Under the pieces are notes generated by a model. That model was not told where the DNA came from. It did no database searches and saw nothing but the letters and a program-made list of their open reading frames with translations. Positions 18,294 through 27,735 of a stretch of DNA of 32,284 nucleotides are shown piece by piece (position 1 is the stretch's first letter; each line of letters starts with the position of its first letter). A program made the translations under genes and the position numbers. The DNA is from Candidatus Eiseniibacteriota bacterium (GTDB lineage Bacteria; Eisenbacteria; RBG-16-71-46), in NCBI GenBank assembly GCA_031366795.1, contig JANLOX010000249.1, positions 1 to 32,284 on the forward strand. Direction: 5' to 3'.

Positions 18294-19001
18294 GTGAAGC
18301 CGATGGTGATCGTGATGGTCTTGCTTGAAGCTGCCGGCATCCGGGCATCAATTCCTGCCCTGGTGGCCAGCTCCAGCCTGTTTTCCAAAATCATCCTGGC
18401 GTTGTTGCTCGCGATGTCGGTTTACTCGTGGGCGGTCATCTGGGACCGGCTGCGTCTTTATGGCCGCGTCGAGAAGGCCGACAAGGTCTTCCTGCTCTCG
18501 TTCCGCAAGCTGAAGCCGGGCGCGGAATGCCGCCTGTTGTGCGAGCAGCATCCGCAGAGTCTGTACGCGAAGGTGGCGCTCGCGGGGCAGCACTGGCTCG
18601 ACCAGCACCCGCCCGAAGCAGACGAGCGCCGCGGTGAGCGCTTCGAAAGCACGCAGCGCGCGATGGACCGCTTCGCCAACGAAGAGGGCACGATCCTCGA
18701 GCGCCATGTCGGCGTGCTCGCGACGGTCGGCAGCGTCTCCCCGTTCATCGGCCTGATGGGCACGGTGTGGGGAATCATGAGCGCGTTCCTCAACATCGGT
18801 TCGCAGGGTTCGGCCTCGCTCGTGGTCGTGGCACCCGGTATCGCCGAGGCCCTGATCGCGACGGTCGCGGGGCTCGCGGCGGCAATTCCGGCGGTGGTGT
18901 CGTACAACCATCTGCTGGTGCGCTTGCGTGAGCTCGGCAACTCGACGGCCTCATTCGCCACGGAGTTCATCGACCATCGCCTGGGCGGGGCCAGGCCGTG
19001 A
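18294..19001 (+). CDS. tolQ: TolQ (MotA/TolQ/ExbB proton-channel family)
   Basis: SPFIGLMGTVWGIM and APGIAEALIAT..GL.AAIPA; first gene of the tol-pal cluster. Start is GTG 18294 or ATG 18303. Confidence 0.9.
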   Translation: MKPMVIVMVLLEAAGIRASIPALVASSSLFSKIILALLLAMSVYSWAVIWDRLRLYGRVEKADKVFLLSFRKLKPGAECRLLCEQHPQSLYAKVALAGQHWLDQHPPEADERRGERFESTQRAMDRFANEEGTILERHVGVLATVGSVSPFIGLMGTVWGIMSAFLNIGSQGSASLVVVAPGIAEALIATVAGLAAAIPAVVSYNHLLVRLRELGNSTASFATEFIDHRLGGARP

Positions 19002-19408
19002 GTTTCTCGGTAGGGCCCTCGCGTCGTCCGATGGCGGAGATCAATGTGACTCCGCTAGTCGACGTGGTGCTCGTGCTGCTGATCATCTTCATGGTGACCG
19101 CACCGTTCCTGCAGGGCGGGCTCGAGATCGACCTGCCCAAGGTGGCATCGCACGGGCTCGATGTGCATGAGGGCCTGATCATCAGCGTGCGCGCCGACCG
19201 CACGATCGCCATCGGCAACAAGATCGTCCCCAACGCGGGCTTCGAGCAGGCATTGGCGCAGGCGGGTGCTTCGCAGCGGCCGGTGTTCCTCAAGTCCGAC
19301 CAGCGCGTGCCGTATGGAGTCATCGTCGACTTGATCGCGCGGCTGCGACGCTCGGGCGTTGCCTCGCTCGGCCTCGTCACCGAACCGCCTCCGCGCGGGA
19401 AGCAATAG
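18998..19408 (+). CDS. tolR: TolR (ExbD/TolR family)
   Basis: EINVTPLVDVVLVLLIIFMVTAP; D..VPYG; GLVTEP. Confidence 0.9.
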   Translation: MSFSVGPSRRPMAEINVTPLVDVVLVLLIIFMVTAPFLQGGLEIDLPKVASHGLDVHEGLIISVRADRTIAIGNKIVPNAGFEQALAQAGASQRPVFLKSDQRVPYGVIVDLIARLRRSGVASLGLVTEPPPRGKQ

Positions 19409-19413
19409 TCACC

Positions 19414-20061
19414 ATGCGCGGAACGACGATCGCTTCAGCGGGGATTCACATGGGATTGGTCGCGGCCCTGTTTCTCGTGCGCACGCCGACGACGGTGATC
19501 GTGCCGGGACCTGAAGTCGTACAGGTGTCGCTGCTCGATTCGCCGCAGACGGCGGTGGTGACACCACCTGTGCCGCAGCCGGTCAAAGTACCCGAGCCCG
19601 AGCAGTTGAAGCCCACAGAAGATGCGGGCGGCGTGCGGCTCGAGAAGCCCAAGCCGGTGAAGAAGACCGAGCCGCGCCAGGAACAGCCGCAGCAGTCGAC
19701 GTCCGCGCCGGCGTTGCCCTATGCGTCGGTCGGCTCGTCGGGCCTGCAGGGCGCGATCGCGCTCGATTCCAATTTCGAGTTTACCTATTACCTGACGCTG
19801 GTGCGCAATCGCATCGCGCAGTCGTGGTCGCCCCCCGCGGGGCTCGCGGGCGGGCAGCCGGTGCGCGCGGTGGCGTACTTCCGTATCGCGCGTGATGGCA
19901 GCATCACCTCCATTCGTCTCGAGACCGGCAGCGGTGTCGAGTTCTTCGACCGCTCGGCGATGCGCGCCGTGCAACTCAGCGATCCGCTGCCGCCCTTGCC
20001 GCTCGGATACTCGGGCGGCGATCTCGGCGTGCACTTCGGCTTCCAGTTCCAGGCGCCATGA
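19414..20061 (+). CDS. tolA: TolA/TonB-family energy transducer
   Basis: N-terminal TM with S...H (SAGIH), Pro/Lys-rich linker, TonB_C-like domain (F.IARDG.I...GSG...FDRSA.RAV...PLP.LP); located between tolR and tolB. Confidence 0.8.
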   Translation: MRGTTIASAGIHMGLVAALFLVRTPTTVIVPGPEVVQVSLLDSPQTAVVTPPVPQPVKVPEPEQLKPTEDAGGVRLEKPKPVKKTEPRQEQPQQSTSAPALPYASVGSSGLQGAIALDSNFEFTYYLTLVRNRIAQSWSPPAGLAGGQPVRAVAYFRIARDGSITSIRLETGSGVEFFDRSAMRAVQLSDPLPPLPLGYSGGDLGVHFGFQFQAP

Positions 20062-21347
20062 TGATGACTTCCCGCTGGGTCACCCCTTTGTTCCTGATCG
20101 TCCTCGCGGCCGTGTTCACGCCGCGCGCCGGTCACGCCGACGATGTCAGCATCGATGTCACCAAGGGCAAGTTCGTCCGCATCCGCGTGCATTGCGAAGC
20201 GCTCGCCTCGCCGGGGCGTCGCTCAGCCGAAGTCTCGAGCGTCGATGCCGATGAGTTGTTGGCGGGAGATCTCGACCGCTCCGCCGTGTTCACGGTCAGC
20301 CGCTCGTGGGTGGCGGGGGAGCAGCCGTTCGATGTGCAAGCCAACATCGGCGGCAAGTGGTCGGTGTCGGGCGGGCAGGTCAAGCTCACGGGTCAGGTGC
20401 TCGATGTGCCGGCGCGCCGGCCGATTCTCGTGCGCGACTATTCGGGTCCGGTGCAATCGTGGCGCTCGCTGGTGCATCGCTTCGCCGACGATGTGGTGAT
20501 GCAGTTCACAGGCGAATTGGGTGTCTCGGATACGCACATCGCCTATGTGACGCGCGAGGGGCGCAACAAGGAACTCTCGGTGATGGATGCCGACGGCGCA
20601 GGGGCGACGACGCTGACGCACGACAAGTCGATCGTGCAGTCGCCGGCGTGGTCGCCCGAGGGTTCGTTGCTGCTGTTCACGAGCTACAAGAACGGCACCG
20701 GCCCGCAGGTGTTCGTGGTGCCCGCGAAAGGGGGACGGTCGTTCCTCGTTTCGGGCCGCAAGGGCAACAACACGAGTGCGGCCTACTCGCCGGACGGGCG
20801 CGATATCGCCTGCACGCTGAGTCTCGACGGCAACCCTGAGATCTATCTGCTGGATGCGCGTGGCGGAACGCCACGGCGGCTGACCAACAACCGCGCCATC
20901 GACACCTCGCCGACCTGGTCACCGACCGGCCGGGAAATCGCCTTCACGTCCGATCGCAGCGGGGCGCCGCAGGTCTATGTGATGGATCGCGATGGTGGTA
21001 ATGTCCGCCGCCTGACCTTCGACGTGAACTACACCGATTCCCCGGCGTGGTCGCCGCATGGCGACCAGTTGGCATTCGTGTCGCGCACGACCGCGGGTTT
21101 CGACATTTACGTCTGTCGCGCGGATGGCACCGGCGCGCGGCTGGTGGTCACGGGGGGCAGCAACGAGAACCCCCGCTGGTCGCCCGATGGACGGCACATG
21201 GTGTTTGCTTCGACTCGCGCGGGACCGCGCGGATTGTTCGTGAGCGATCTGGACGACCGCCCTGCGCGGCGGATCGATATGGGAAATCAAGAAGTGATGT
21301 CTCCGGCATGGTCGCCGCGTCCAGCCGGACCCAAGACCAATCCCTGA
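20058..21347 (+). CDS. tolB: Tol-Pal system beta-propeller protein TolB
   Basis: Signal peptide; HRFAD.V....TG; PD40 repeats SPAWSPEG, AYSPDG, SPTWSPTG, SPAWSPHG, NPRWSPDG, SPAWSP. Confidence 0.93.
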   Translation: MMMTSRWVTPLFLIVLAAVFTPRAGHADDVSIDVTKGKFVRIRVHCEALASPGRRSAEVSSVDADELLAGDLDRSAVFTVSRSWVAGEQPFDVQANIGGKWSVSGGQVKLTGQVLDVPARRPILVRDYSGPVQSWRSLVHRFADDVVMQFTGELGVSDTHIAYVTREGRNKELSVMDADGAGATTLTHDKSIVQSPAWSPEGSLLLFTSYKNGTGPQVFVVPAKGGRSFLVSGRKGNNTSAAYSPDGRDIACTLSLDGNPEIYLLDARGGTPRRLTNNRAIDTSPTWSPTGREIAFTSDRSGAPQVYVMDRDGGNVRRLTFDVNYTDSPAWSPHGDQLAFVSRTTAGFDIYVCRADGTGARLVVTGGSNENPRWSPDGRHMVFASTRAGPRGLFVSDLDDRPARRIDMGNQEVMSPAWSPRPAGPKTNP

Positions 21348-21375
21348 ACCCGGCCCCGGTGCCGAGGAGGTAGTG

Positions 21376-21918
21376 ATGAAGAACACCACGAACCTGTGGC
21401 GAGCGGGTCTGCTCGCCGCATTGACGGGACTGCTGCTGGTCTCCGCGGGCTGCGCCAAGAAGGCAGTGCAGGCGCCGCCTGTGACCGAGAACGTGCCGCC
21501 GCAGGCGACGCCAACGCCGAAGCCGACGCCGGACAAGGACAACGTGCCGCCGACGCCGGTCGAGCCCAAGAGCCACGCCCTCACCGCGTCCGACCTGCAG
21601 CCGGTGTTCTTCGACGTCGATTCCTACAGCCTGCGTGACGATGCGCGTTCGACGCTGGACGCGAACGCGCGGCTGATGCGCGACAATGCGACCGCCAAGA
21701 TCGTCCTCGAGGGCCACTGCGACGAGCGCGGTACCGTGGAATACAATCAGGCGCTGGGCGAGCGTCGCGCGGATGCGGTGCGCGATTACCTCGTGCAGGC
21801 GGGGATCGCCACGGGGCGCATCAATGTCATCTCCTATGGCAGTGAGCGGCCGTTCGATCCGGGTCATGACGAGGCAGCGTGGGCGAAGAACCGCCGTGCG
21901 CACTTCGCGCTCCAGTAG
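21376..21918 (+). CDS. pal: Peptidoglycan-associated lipoprotein Pal
   Basis: SD GAGGAGG; lipobox SAGC; OmpA_C domain FFD.DS..L, EGHCDERGT.EYN.ALGERRA, ISYG.ERP, NRRA. GTG 21373 is an alternative start. Confidence 0.95.
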   Translation: MKNTTNLWRAGLLAALTGLLLVSAGCAKKAVQAPPVTENVPPQATPTPKPTPDKDNVPPTPVEPKSHALTASDLQPVFFDVDSYSLRDDARSTLDANARLMRDNATAKIVLEGHCDERGTVEYNQALGERRADAVRDYLVQAGIATGRINVISYGSERPFDPGHDEAAWAKNRRAHFALQ

Positions 21919-22698
21919 ATGAAGCGCACGATGGGTGAGGCGAAGCGCGTCGCGGGCCCCAAGCCGTGGGCGCTGGTGCTGTTGGCGGGAATGGGGGCGC
22001 TTGCGGCGCTGCCTTCCTGCACGCCGCCGCAATTGCTGACGCTGCGCTCGGGGCTCGACAGCCTGCGTACGGTGGTCGACACCTTGAACGTGCGCGATGA
22101 GCTCGCGTTCAAGGTGGTGCAGGAGACGCGGCAGGAACTCAGCGAACAGCGCGACATCCTGCTCAGCACCAAGGCAACGACGGGCAGCACCACGAACGAG
22201 TTGTTCGAGCAGATGCAGCGGCTCGAGGGCAAGCTTGATGAAGTGATGGGCCGCTTCAACCAGCTCGCGCAGCGGGCCAACACGCCGCCTGCGGCGACCA
22301 CGACCGCTCCGGCCGGCCCCGATCCGAACCAACTCTACGACCAGTCGGCGCAGGACCTGACGCAGGGGCGCTACCGCATGGCGCTCCAGGGGTTCCGTGA
22401 GTTCGTGCAGCGCTATCCGTCGGTCGATCTCACTGACAATGCGCGCTACGGTATCGGCGAATGCTTCTTTGCGCAGTCCCAGTTCGACAGCGCCGCGGTC
22501 GCTTACGCCCAGGTCGACTCGCTGCATCCGGGCGGCGACAAGGTGCCGGCAGCGCTCTACAAGTTGGCGCTGTGCGAGGAAAAGCTCGGGCACGCTCCGG
22601 CGGCACGCAAGCGGCTCGAGGATCTGGTGAAGCGCTTCCCGCTGTCCGGTGAGGCGCAACTCGCCCGCGAACGGCTCGGAGCGAGCCGCAAGCGCTGA
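21919..22698 (+). CDS. cpoB: Tol-Pal system protein YbgF/CpoB (coiled coil plus TPR), probable lipoprotein
   Basis: Lipobox-like LPSC; coiled coil; TPRs LY..S...L..G.Y..A...F..F...YP, NARY.IGE, K.PAALYKLA; directly after pal. Confidence 0.88.
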   Translation: MKRTMGEAKRVAGPKPWALVLLAGMGALAALPSCTPPQLLTLRSGLDSLRTVVDTLNVRDELAFKVVQETRQELSEQRDILLSTKATTGSTTNELFEQMQRLEGKLDEVMGRFNQLAQRANTPPAATTTAPAGPDPNQLYDQSAQDLTQGRYRMALQGFREFVQRYPSVDLTDNARYGIGECFFAQSQFDSAAVAYAQVDSLHPGGDKVPAALYKLALCEEKLGHAPAARKRLEDLVKRFPLSGEAQLARERLGASRKR

Positions 22699-22712
22699 TT
22701 CGCGGGGGCTGC

Positions 22713-24332
22713 GTGGCACTCATCTTCAGGATCACGCTCGCGGCGTGCGGTTGCCTCGCCGCGAGCGCCGCCTTCGCGGGACCGGCACACAGGGGCTTCG
22801 TGCCGGACTCGCTCGAAGGGCTGCCGATCGCGCGCATAGAAATTCATGCGCGCACCATCTTCGATCCCGTGCCGCCCGGCCGGTTGTCACACTTGTACGA
22901 AGCGGCGAACCGGTTGCACATTCGCACGCGCGAGAAGACCATTCGCGAGCAGTTGCTCATGAAGCCCCGTCAACCGTGGTTCGCGGCGCGCGGCTACGAG
23001 AGCCGGCGCAAGCTGCGCTCGCTCGACTTCCTCGAGCCTTCAGTCATTCACGCCACGCGCGAGGGCGACTCAGCGGTCGTACACGTCGAGACGCACGACG
23101 GCTGGTCCACCAGTCCCGAGTTCAACGTCGAGAGCGCCGACGGTAAGCGCTACGGCTCGCTGGGCCTGACCGAACGCAACTTCTTAGGACTCGGTAAGGC
23201 GTACTCGGTCACCTACCGGGACCTTCCCCGAGGGAACTCGCGCGGCATCAGCTACAGCGACCCGAGCCTGCAAGGGACGCGCATTCAGCTGCGTTATTCG
23301 GCCAGCGACGGAGCGACAGGAGCGGGCAACGAGTTCAGTGTCGGCCAGCCGTTCTACGCCGAGGACGCGACGCGCAGCTACGATTTCCAGTGGAACCGCA
23401 GCACCTCAATCGCTGCGCTCTACCAGCGCGCGAACGAGGTCGCGCGCTTCAATCGCCGGCAGGAGAGCTGGAGCGTCTCCGCCGGGGCGGGCCATCGCAG
23501 CGGGACATTGATCCGCCGCATCGTGGGCTCGTTCGAGTCCGACGACCGCCGCTTCGGGCCCACTCAGATTGAAAACCCCGGCTTGCCGGTGGAATTCACC
23601 GGGGGTGAGGCTAGCCTCAGGCTGCGGCGCATCATGGTCGAGGGCCGGCTGTGGCGGCCGCAGTACATCGAGCGCGATCGCGTCAATGGCTTCACGCTGG
23701 TGGAAGACTTCGATGTCGGCAGCTCCCTCTCCGCGGGAGTCGGCTACGCGCCCAGGCTGCTCGGCAGCTCGCAGGATGAAGGCTTCGCGCGCGCGCGCAT
23801 GGCCGCGGGCGTCGTCACGCCGATTGGCTTCGGCCAGTTGACGGCCACCGCATCATCGCGGCTCAAGACCATTCCGACCGAGACGGTGGGGCAGGTCGAC
23901 GTGCGCTTCGTGCAACAGTCGCACCTGCGGCAAACGTTCGTGATCGCCGCACGCGGCATCGCAGGCATCAATCCGGCGCGCGACTTCGAGGTGACGGCGG
24001 GGGGGCTCAATGGGCTGCGCGCCTACCCGGTGACGTCGGTCGCGGGTAGGAAGCTGTGGCGCTTCAACGCCGAGAACCGTTGGACCGTTGCCGACCGTTT
24101 GTTCGGCGGCCTGACGGTGGGCACCGTGATGTTCACCGATGCGGCGCGCGCGTGGGGCCCGGGTTCCGGGGGCGCGGACTGGTTCGTCGACTCGGGCGCG
24201 GGCCTGCGGCTTTCGTTGCCGCAGTGGTCACTCGGGCAAGTGCTGCGCATCGACCTCGCCTGGCCCATCGAGCCCTCGCGCAATGGCGAGCGCAATCCGG
24301 TGCTGACGTTCGGCTCGAGCCAGGCGTTCTAG
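22713..24332 (+). CDS. Omp85/BamA-TamA-family outer-membrane protein with short POTRA region (539 aa)
   Basis: Signal peptide; POTRA-like TRE..IR..LL...ES.R.LR.L.FL; barrel start ERNFLGLGK; lid-lock-like GG.NGLRAY; G.GLR; LRIDLAWP; terminal QAF. Confidence 0.8.
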   Translation: MALIFRITLAACGCLAASAAFAGPAHRGFVPDSLEGLPIARIEIHARTIFDPVPPGRLSHLYEAANRLHIRTREKTIREQLLMKPRQPWFAARGYESRRKLRSLDFLEPSVIHATREGDSAVVHVETHDGWSTSPEFNVESADGKRYGSLGLTERNFLGLGKAYSVTYRDLPRGNSRGISYSDPSLQGTRIQLRYSASDGATGAGNEFSVGQPFYAEDATRSYDFQWNRSTSIAALYQRANEVARFNRRQESWSVSAGAGHRSGTLIRRIVGSFESDDRRFGPTQIENPGLPVEFTGGEASLRLRRIMVEGRLWRPQYIERDRVNGFTLVEDFDVGSSLSAGVGYAPRLLGSSQDEGFARARMAAGVVTPIGFGQLTATASSRLKTIPTETVGQVDVRFVQQSHLRQTFVIAARGIAGINPARDFEVTAGGLNGLRAYPVTSVAGRKLWRFNAENRWTVADRLFGGLTVGTVMFTDAARAWGPGSGGADWFVDSGAGLRLSLPQWSLGQVLRIDLAWPIEPSRNGERNPVLTFGSSQAF

Positions 24333-24334
24333 GG

Positions 24335-25183
24335 ATGGCGCCTTCGGGATTGCGCTTCGGGACCTCTGGCATTCCGCTGTCCACGTCGCGCCCCGGAACG
24401 CCCGCCGGCATCGCGAGGGTGCGTGAGCTGGGCCTCGACTGCCTCGAGATGGCGTGGGGCAATGGCGTCAAGATGGGCGACGAGATGGCCGCTCGGATTC
24501 GCGCCGCGGCGATCGCGGAAAACGTCGAGCTGACCGCGCACGCGCCCTATTTCGTCAACCTGTGCGGGGACGCCGAAGTGATCGCGCGCAGTGAGCAGCG
24601 CCTGTTCGACGCGGCGCAGTTGGCGGAGCGCTGCGGCGCCCACAGTGTGTGCTTCCACCCGGGCTACTACCCCAAGCAGGACGGCGCGCAGGCGATCGCC
24701 CAGGTGGGGAAGCGGCTCGAAGCGCTGGCGAAGCGCATCGCGTCCGAAGGCATCAAGGCGCAATTGCGCCCCGAGTTGACGGGCAGGGCGAGCCAGTTGG
24801 GCACGCTCGACGAGACGCTCAGCTGGTGCGAGGCGATTCCGGCCATCGCGCCGTGCCTCGACTTCGCGCATCTCTATGCGCGCGGGCAGGGGGCGGTCAA
24901 TGGCTACGAAGACTTCGCCGCGGTGCTCGCGGCGGTGCGCGACCGCTTGGGCGTCGAGGTCCTGTCACGGCTGCACGTGCACCTCTCAGGAATCGAGTTC
25001 GGCCCCGCCGGCGAGCGCCGCCACTGGCCCCTGCGCGAGTCCAAGTTCCGCTGGCGCGATGTGCTGAGGGCGCTCAAGGAATGCGGGGCCGCAGGATGGG
25101 TCTATGCGGAGACGCCGGCCATGGAAGAGGATGCCTTGCTCCTGCAGAAAACCTATCGCAGGATGCTGGGCAGGACGCCGTAA
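24335..25183 (+). CDS. nfo: Endonuclease IV (AP endonuclease family 2, TIM barrel; 282 aa)
   Basis: ATG 24335; HAPYFVNL, FHPG, PE.TG...QLG..DE, C.DFAH, H.H.SGI..G..GERRH metal-ligand pattern. Confidence 0.85.
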   Translation: MAPSGLRFGTSGIPLSTSRPGTPAGIARVRELGLDCLEMAWGNGVKMGDEMAARIRAAAIAENVELTAHAPYFVNLCGDAEVIARSEQRLFDAAQLAERCGAHSVCFHPGYYPKQDGAQAIAQVGKRLEALAKRIASEGIKAQLRPELTGRASQLGTLDETLSWCEAIPAIAPCLDFAHLYARGQGAVNGYEDFAAVLAAVRDRLGVEVLSRLHVHLSGIEFGPAGERRHWPLRESKFRWRDVLRALKECGAAGWVYAETPAMEEDALLLQKTYRRMLGRTP

Positions 25184-25246
25184 ATCGCCGATTGCCACGT
25201 TGGCTGCGTCGCGTCTCGCTGCGCCCATTGCCGGGAGAACGTCTCA

Positions 25247-25891
25247 ATGCCGCTGCTCCAGCACGCGTTGTCGCTCGGGCCGATGGACAACAACACGTAC
25301 ATCCTCGTGTGTTCGGACACGCAGGAGGCGGCGGTGATTGATGTCGGCTTCGAGCCGCAGGCGGTCCTCGAGGCGCTGCGGAAGCTTGGGGTGAAGGTCA
25401 CGCTGCTGCTCAATACGCATGCGCACTACGACCACATCGCCGGGATGCGCGAAGTGCAAGCGGCGGTCGGGGGCGAGTGGTGGCTGCATCCGCTGGATCG
25501 CGCGATGCTCGAAACGTTTAGCGCGCAGGGCGCAATGTTCGGCTTGTCACCATTCGAGGTGCCGGATGGCGTACACGACTTGAGCGATGGCCAGCGTCTG
25601 CATCTTGGCAAGCAGGAACTCGAAGTGCTGCACACGCCCGGGCACACGCCGGGGCATGTCAGCTTCCACGCGGGCTCGGAGGTGTGGTCGGGCGATGTCT
25701 TGTTCGCGGGCTCGGTGGGGCGCACGGATCTCGATGGCGGATCGTGGCCGGATCTCGAACGCTCGATCCGGACACGCCTGTTCCCGCTCGGTAACGCCAC
25801 GCGCGTGCACACGGGCCACGGTCCGCAGACGACGATTGGCCAGGAACGGCTCACCAATCCGTTCGTGGGCGAAGGGGCGAGTTACTCATGA
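25247..25891 (+). CDS. Metallo-beta-lactamase-fold hydrolase (glyoxalase II/YcbL-like)
   Basis: THAHYDH, HTPGHTPG, GDVLF.GSVGRTDL.GG, GHGP.TTIG.E...NPF. Confidence 0.92.
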   Translation: MPLLQHALSLGPMDNNTYILVCSDTQEAAVIDVGFEPQAVLEALRKLGVKVTLLLNTHAHYDHIAGMREVQAAVGGEWWLHPLDRAMLETFSAQGAMFGLSPFEVPDGVHDLSDGQRLHLGKQELEVLHTPGHTPGHVSFHAGSEVWSGDVLFAGSVGRTDLDGGSWPDLERSIRTRLFPLGNATRVHTGHGPQTTIGQERLTNPFVGEGASYS

Positions 25892-26460
25892 TGCGAGGGG
25901 CGTCGTTGCCCGAGCGGTTGCTCAAGCTCGATTCCACCGTGTACCTGGCGCCCGGCGCCATCGTGTGTGGTGATGTCACGATCGGGCCGCACTCGAGCGT
26001 GTGGTTCAACTCGGTCATTCGCGGCGACTCCGACCGCATCGTCATCGGCGCGAACAGCAACGTGCAGGACTTGGGGCTGGTGCATCTCGACGAGGGATTC
26101 CCCGCGTTGATCGGCGACCGCGTCACCATTGGCCACCGCGCGATTATCCATGGCTGCACCATCGAGGACGATTGCCTGATCGGCATGGGCGCCATCATCC
26201 TCTCGGGCGCCCGCATTGGCGCCGGGTCGCTGATCGGAGCCGGGGCGCTGGTGCGCGAGCGGCAGGAGATCCCGCCCGGTAGCCTCGTGCTGGGGGCACC
26301 CGCGCGCGTGGCGGGTGAGGTGAAGCCGGTGCATCGCGAAGCCATCGTGCGTGGCGCCGAACACTACGCCGAGCTGGCGCGCGACTATCGCGCGAAGGGA
26401 ATAGGCCAAACGCTGCCGCCGCCGGGGTCGACGCACACGCTGGGGGGCGGCGCGCGATGA
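25888..26460 (+). CDS. Gamma-carbonic-anhydrase family protein (YrdA/PaaY-like)
   Basis: Hexapeptide repeats; RGD, SNVQD...H, VTIGH.A.IHGC, LIGMGA. Confidence 0.92.
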   Translation: MMRGASLPERLLKLDSTVYLAPGAIVCGDVTIGPHSSVWFNSVIRGDSDRIVIGANSNVQDLGLVHLDEGFPALIGDRVTIGHRAIIHGCTIEDDCLIGMGAIILSGARIGAGSLIGAGALVRERQEIPPGSLVLGAPARVAGEVKPVHREAIVRGAEHYAELARDYRAKGIGQTLPPPGSTHTLGGGAR

Positions 26461-27122
26461 CGAATTTGTGGTCTCATCTCGCCGAACCCGCGCCGCGGTT
26501 GTTGGAGGCGGCATGGGCGCTCGCGGGGCCGGACGCGATTGATCCTGCCCGCGTGGGCGCGCTTGGGCCCGCTCACGCCGCAGCGGATGGGGTGACGCCA
26601 TGCAGCATGAACGCTACGATCGAGCGCTGGCTCGTGCTCAGCTGGATCGGTGCTCACCCGGATGCGCGCGATCCACTGCTTGCGGCGCTGTGGGCTCGCG
26701 AGGAGGCGGCCCGCGCGACCGGGCTACCGACGCTCGTGTTGCGACTGGCCCCGCTGGTGGGGCCGCGTTCGCCGTTGCTCGCGCTGCTGAAGAACCACCC
26801 CAAGCTGGATGCGCGGCTCGAGCGCGCGCTGGTCCAGCCCGTGCTCGAGGCGGACGTGGTGGAGGGAATCGCCGGGTTGATCAACGGTCCGTTTGACCAG
26901 AGCGATTGGTACGAAGTGTGTGGCCCCGACCCGTTGAGCATTGGCGAATTCGCGCAACTCGCGCAGGCAGGCCACTTTGGCGCGCTCGCTGGAGCCCCTG
27001 GCTGGGAGCCGTCGCCCGCCGTGCTGCGTGCGCAGGGGCTCTCCGAGGGGGACGCGTGGGCTCGCGCCACCGGCGTCGCGCCGCACTCGATTCTCTCGCC
27101 GCTCCATGTGGGGCAAGCATGA
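26457..27122 (+). CDS. Hypothetical protein resembling the C-terminal part of atypical SDR/NAD-dependent epimerase (NDUFA9/YbjT-like) proteins
   Basis: ATGA overlaps on both sides; LVLR.A..VGP, QPV...DV...I, YEVCGP..LS..E pattern; no GxxGxxG Rossmann motif. Confidence 0.55.
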   Translation: MTNLWSHLAEPAPRLLEAAWALAGPDAIDPARVGALGPAHAAADGVTPCSMNATIERWLVLSWIGAHPDARDPLLAALWAREEAARATGLPTLVLRLAPLVGPRSPLLALLKNHPKLDARLERALVQPVLEADVVEGIAGLINGPFDQSDWYEVCGPDPLSIGEFAQLAQAGHFGALAGAPGWEPSPAVLRAQGLSEGDAWARATGVAPHSILSPLHVGQA

Positions 27123-27733
27123 GCAACGCGGCCAAGCGCGCACCCGGCGCAGGCAGGAGTGGCGCGGTAAAGCGCGTTCCCGCCGCGCGCGCGACCGGCG
27201 CCGCCCATGCGGGCTCCGGCAGCGGTGGCTCGCACACTTCGCCGCGTGTCTCCGCGGGCTGCGCGATCTTGACGGTCAGCGACACGCGCGGCCGTGTGGA
27301 TGACGGCAGCGGTGATCGCGCGCAGGCGCTGCTCGTCGCGGCGGGGCATCGCATCGTGGCGCGGCGCTGGGTGCGCGATGAGCGCGCCGCGATCCGGCGC
27401 GCGGCGCTCACACTGCTCAAGCGACCCGACGCCGACATCTTGCTGGTGACGGGCGGGACCGGGATCGCGCCGCGCGATGTGACGCCCGAGGCGCTGGAGT
27501 CGCTGTATGCGCGCGCGTTGCCGGGCTTCGGTGAACTGTTCCGCGCGCGCTCGGAAGTTCAGGTCGGGACCGCGGCGTGGCTTTCGCGCGCCTCGGCTGG
27601 TGTGGCGCGCGGGCGCCTGCTGCTGCTGTTGCCGGGTTCGACTCGAGCGGTCGAGCTGGCGATCAATGAACTGTTGCTGCCCGAGCTGGGTCATGTGCTC
27701 GGGTTGCTGGGACGGACTTCCACAGGGGAGTGA
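27119..27733 (+). CDS. moaB: MogA/MoaB molybdenum cofactor biosynthesis protein
   Basis: ILTVSDTR....[40 protein letters not shown] 27119 overlaps the upstream stop. Confidence 0.88.
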   Translation: MSNAAKRAPGAGRSGAVKRVPAARATGAAHAGSGSGGSHTSPRVSAGCAILTVSDTRGRVDDGSGDRAQALLVAAGHRIVARRWVRDERAAIRRAALTLLKRPDADILLVTGGTGIAPRDVTPEALESLYARALPGFGELFRARSEVQVGTAAWLSRASAGVARGRLLLLLPGSTRAVELAINELLLPELGHVLGLLGRTSTGE

Positions 27734-27735
27734 GC

